Source: Macrostomum lignano (Eukaryota). Taken from it: DNA of 64,000 nucleotides. The stretch covers positions 1 to 64,000 of the forward strand of contig NIVC01003954.1 in assembly GCA_002269645.1 (NCBI GenBank), in the 5' to 3' direction. Position numbers and translations under genes: made by a program. Below are positions 63,490-64,000 of this stretch, one piece after another. Numbering within the stretch: the stretch's first letter is position 1; every line of letters starts with the position of its first letter. The notes under the pieces are model-generated. The model saw only the letters and a program-made list of their open reading frames with translations, had not been told where the DNA came from and searched no databases.

Positions 63490-63925
63490 GCTAAAATGAG
63501 TGCCTGTGGCGCCGAAAGGAATGCCTGTGGCGCCAAAATGAGTGCCTGCGGTGCCAAAATGAGTACCTGCGGTGCCAAAATGAGTGCCTGCGGCGCCGAA
63601 ATGAGTGCCTGTGGCGCCAAAATGAGTACCTGCGGTGCCAAAATGAGTGCCTGCGGCGCCAAAATGAGTACCTGCGGCGCTAAAATGAGTGCCTAAGGCG
63701 CCAAAATGAGTGCCTGTGGCGCTAAAATGAATGCCTGTGGCGCTAAAATGAATGTCTGTGGCGCTAAAATTAGTGCCTGTAGTGCTAAAATGAGTTGCTG
63801 GGACGCCAAAACGAGTGCCTGCGGCGCCAAAATGAGTGCCTGCGGCGCTAAAATGAGTGCCTGTGGCGCTAAAATGAATGTCTGTGGCGCTAAAATTAGT
63901 GCCTGTAGTGCTAAAATGAGTTGCT
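63490..63925 (+). repeat. 21-bp minisatellite (AAAATGAGTGCCTGCGGCGCC)n, possibly internal to a hAT-like MITE starting ~63357
   Basis: Tandem units, preceded by GCGTCGCCACTGGGGGGACAGGGGGACATG, which resembles a hAT-MITE subterminus. Confidence 0.88.
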
Positions 63926-64000
63926 GACAACACCGATTCTCAAAATAATTAACATATGGGAATTTAGTCATATGCATGTACATGTTGAATTCTTGGCTTT

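Overview
Metazoan (invertebrate) genomic DNA with short GC-rich exons set among very dense mini- and microsatellites. This style suggests a flatworm such as Macrostomum, but that is inference only. 1-16 kb is a transposon field: a truncated and a near-intact Mag-like Ty3/Gypsy LTR element, hAT MITEs, a Penelope-like element (PLE) with a hammerhead ribozyme, and a mariner derivative with long TIRs. A two-exon Rab5 gene lies at 16369-19092. From 24.8 kb to the window end is a membrane (natriuretic-peptide-receptor-type) guanylyl cyclase locus with an unusual layout. Four highly diverged N-terminal ectodomain cassettes (V1-V4) lie in tandem. Each has its own ATG and signal peptide, and each ends in a phase-1 splice donor at the same homologous position. 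They sit upstream of ONE set of constant exons (rest of ectodomain, TM helix, kinase-homology domain; the cyclase domain is presumably beyond the window). This resembles the variable-first-exon/constant-exon layout of clustered protocadherins and UGT1A and is the main candidate for an undescribed system. Introns of this locus also hold two more hammerhead-bearing PLEs inserted in (GA)n tracts, SINEs and several candidate antisense exons. All exon joins were inferred by eye from splice signals and reading-frame phase; none is transcript-verified. Repeat boundaries are approximate.
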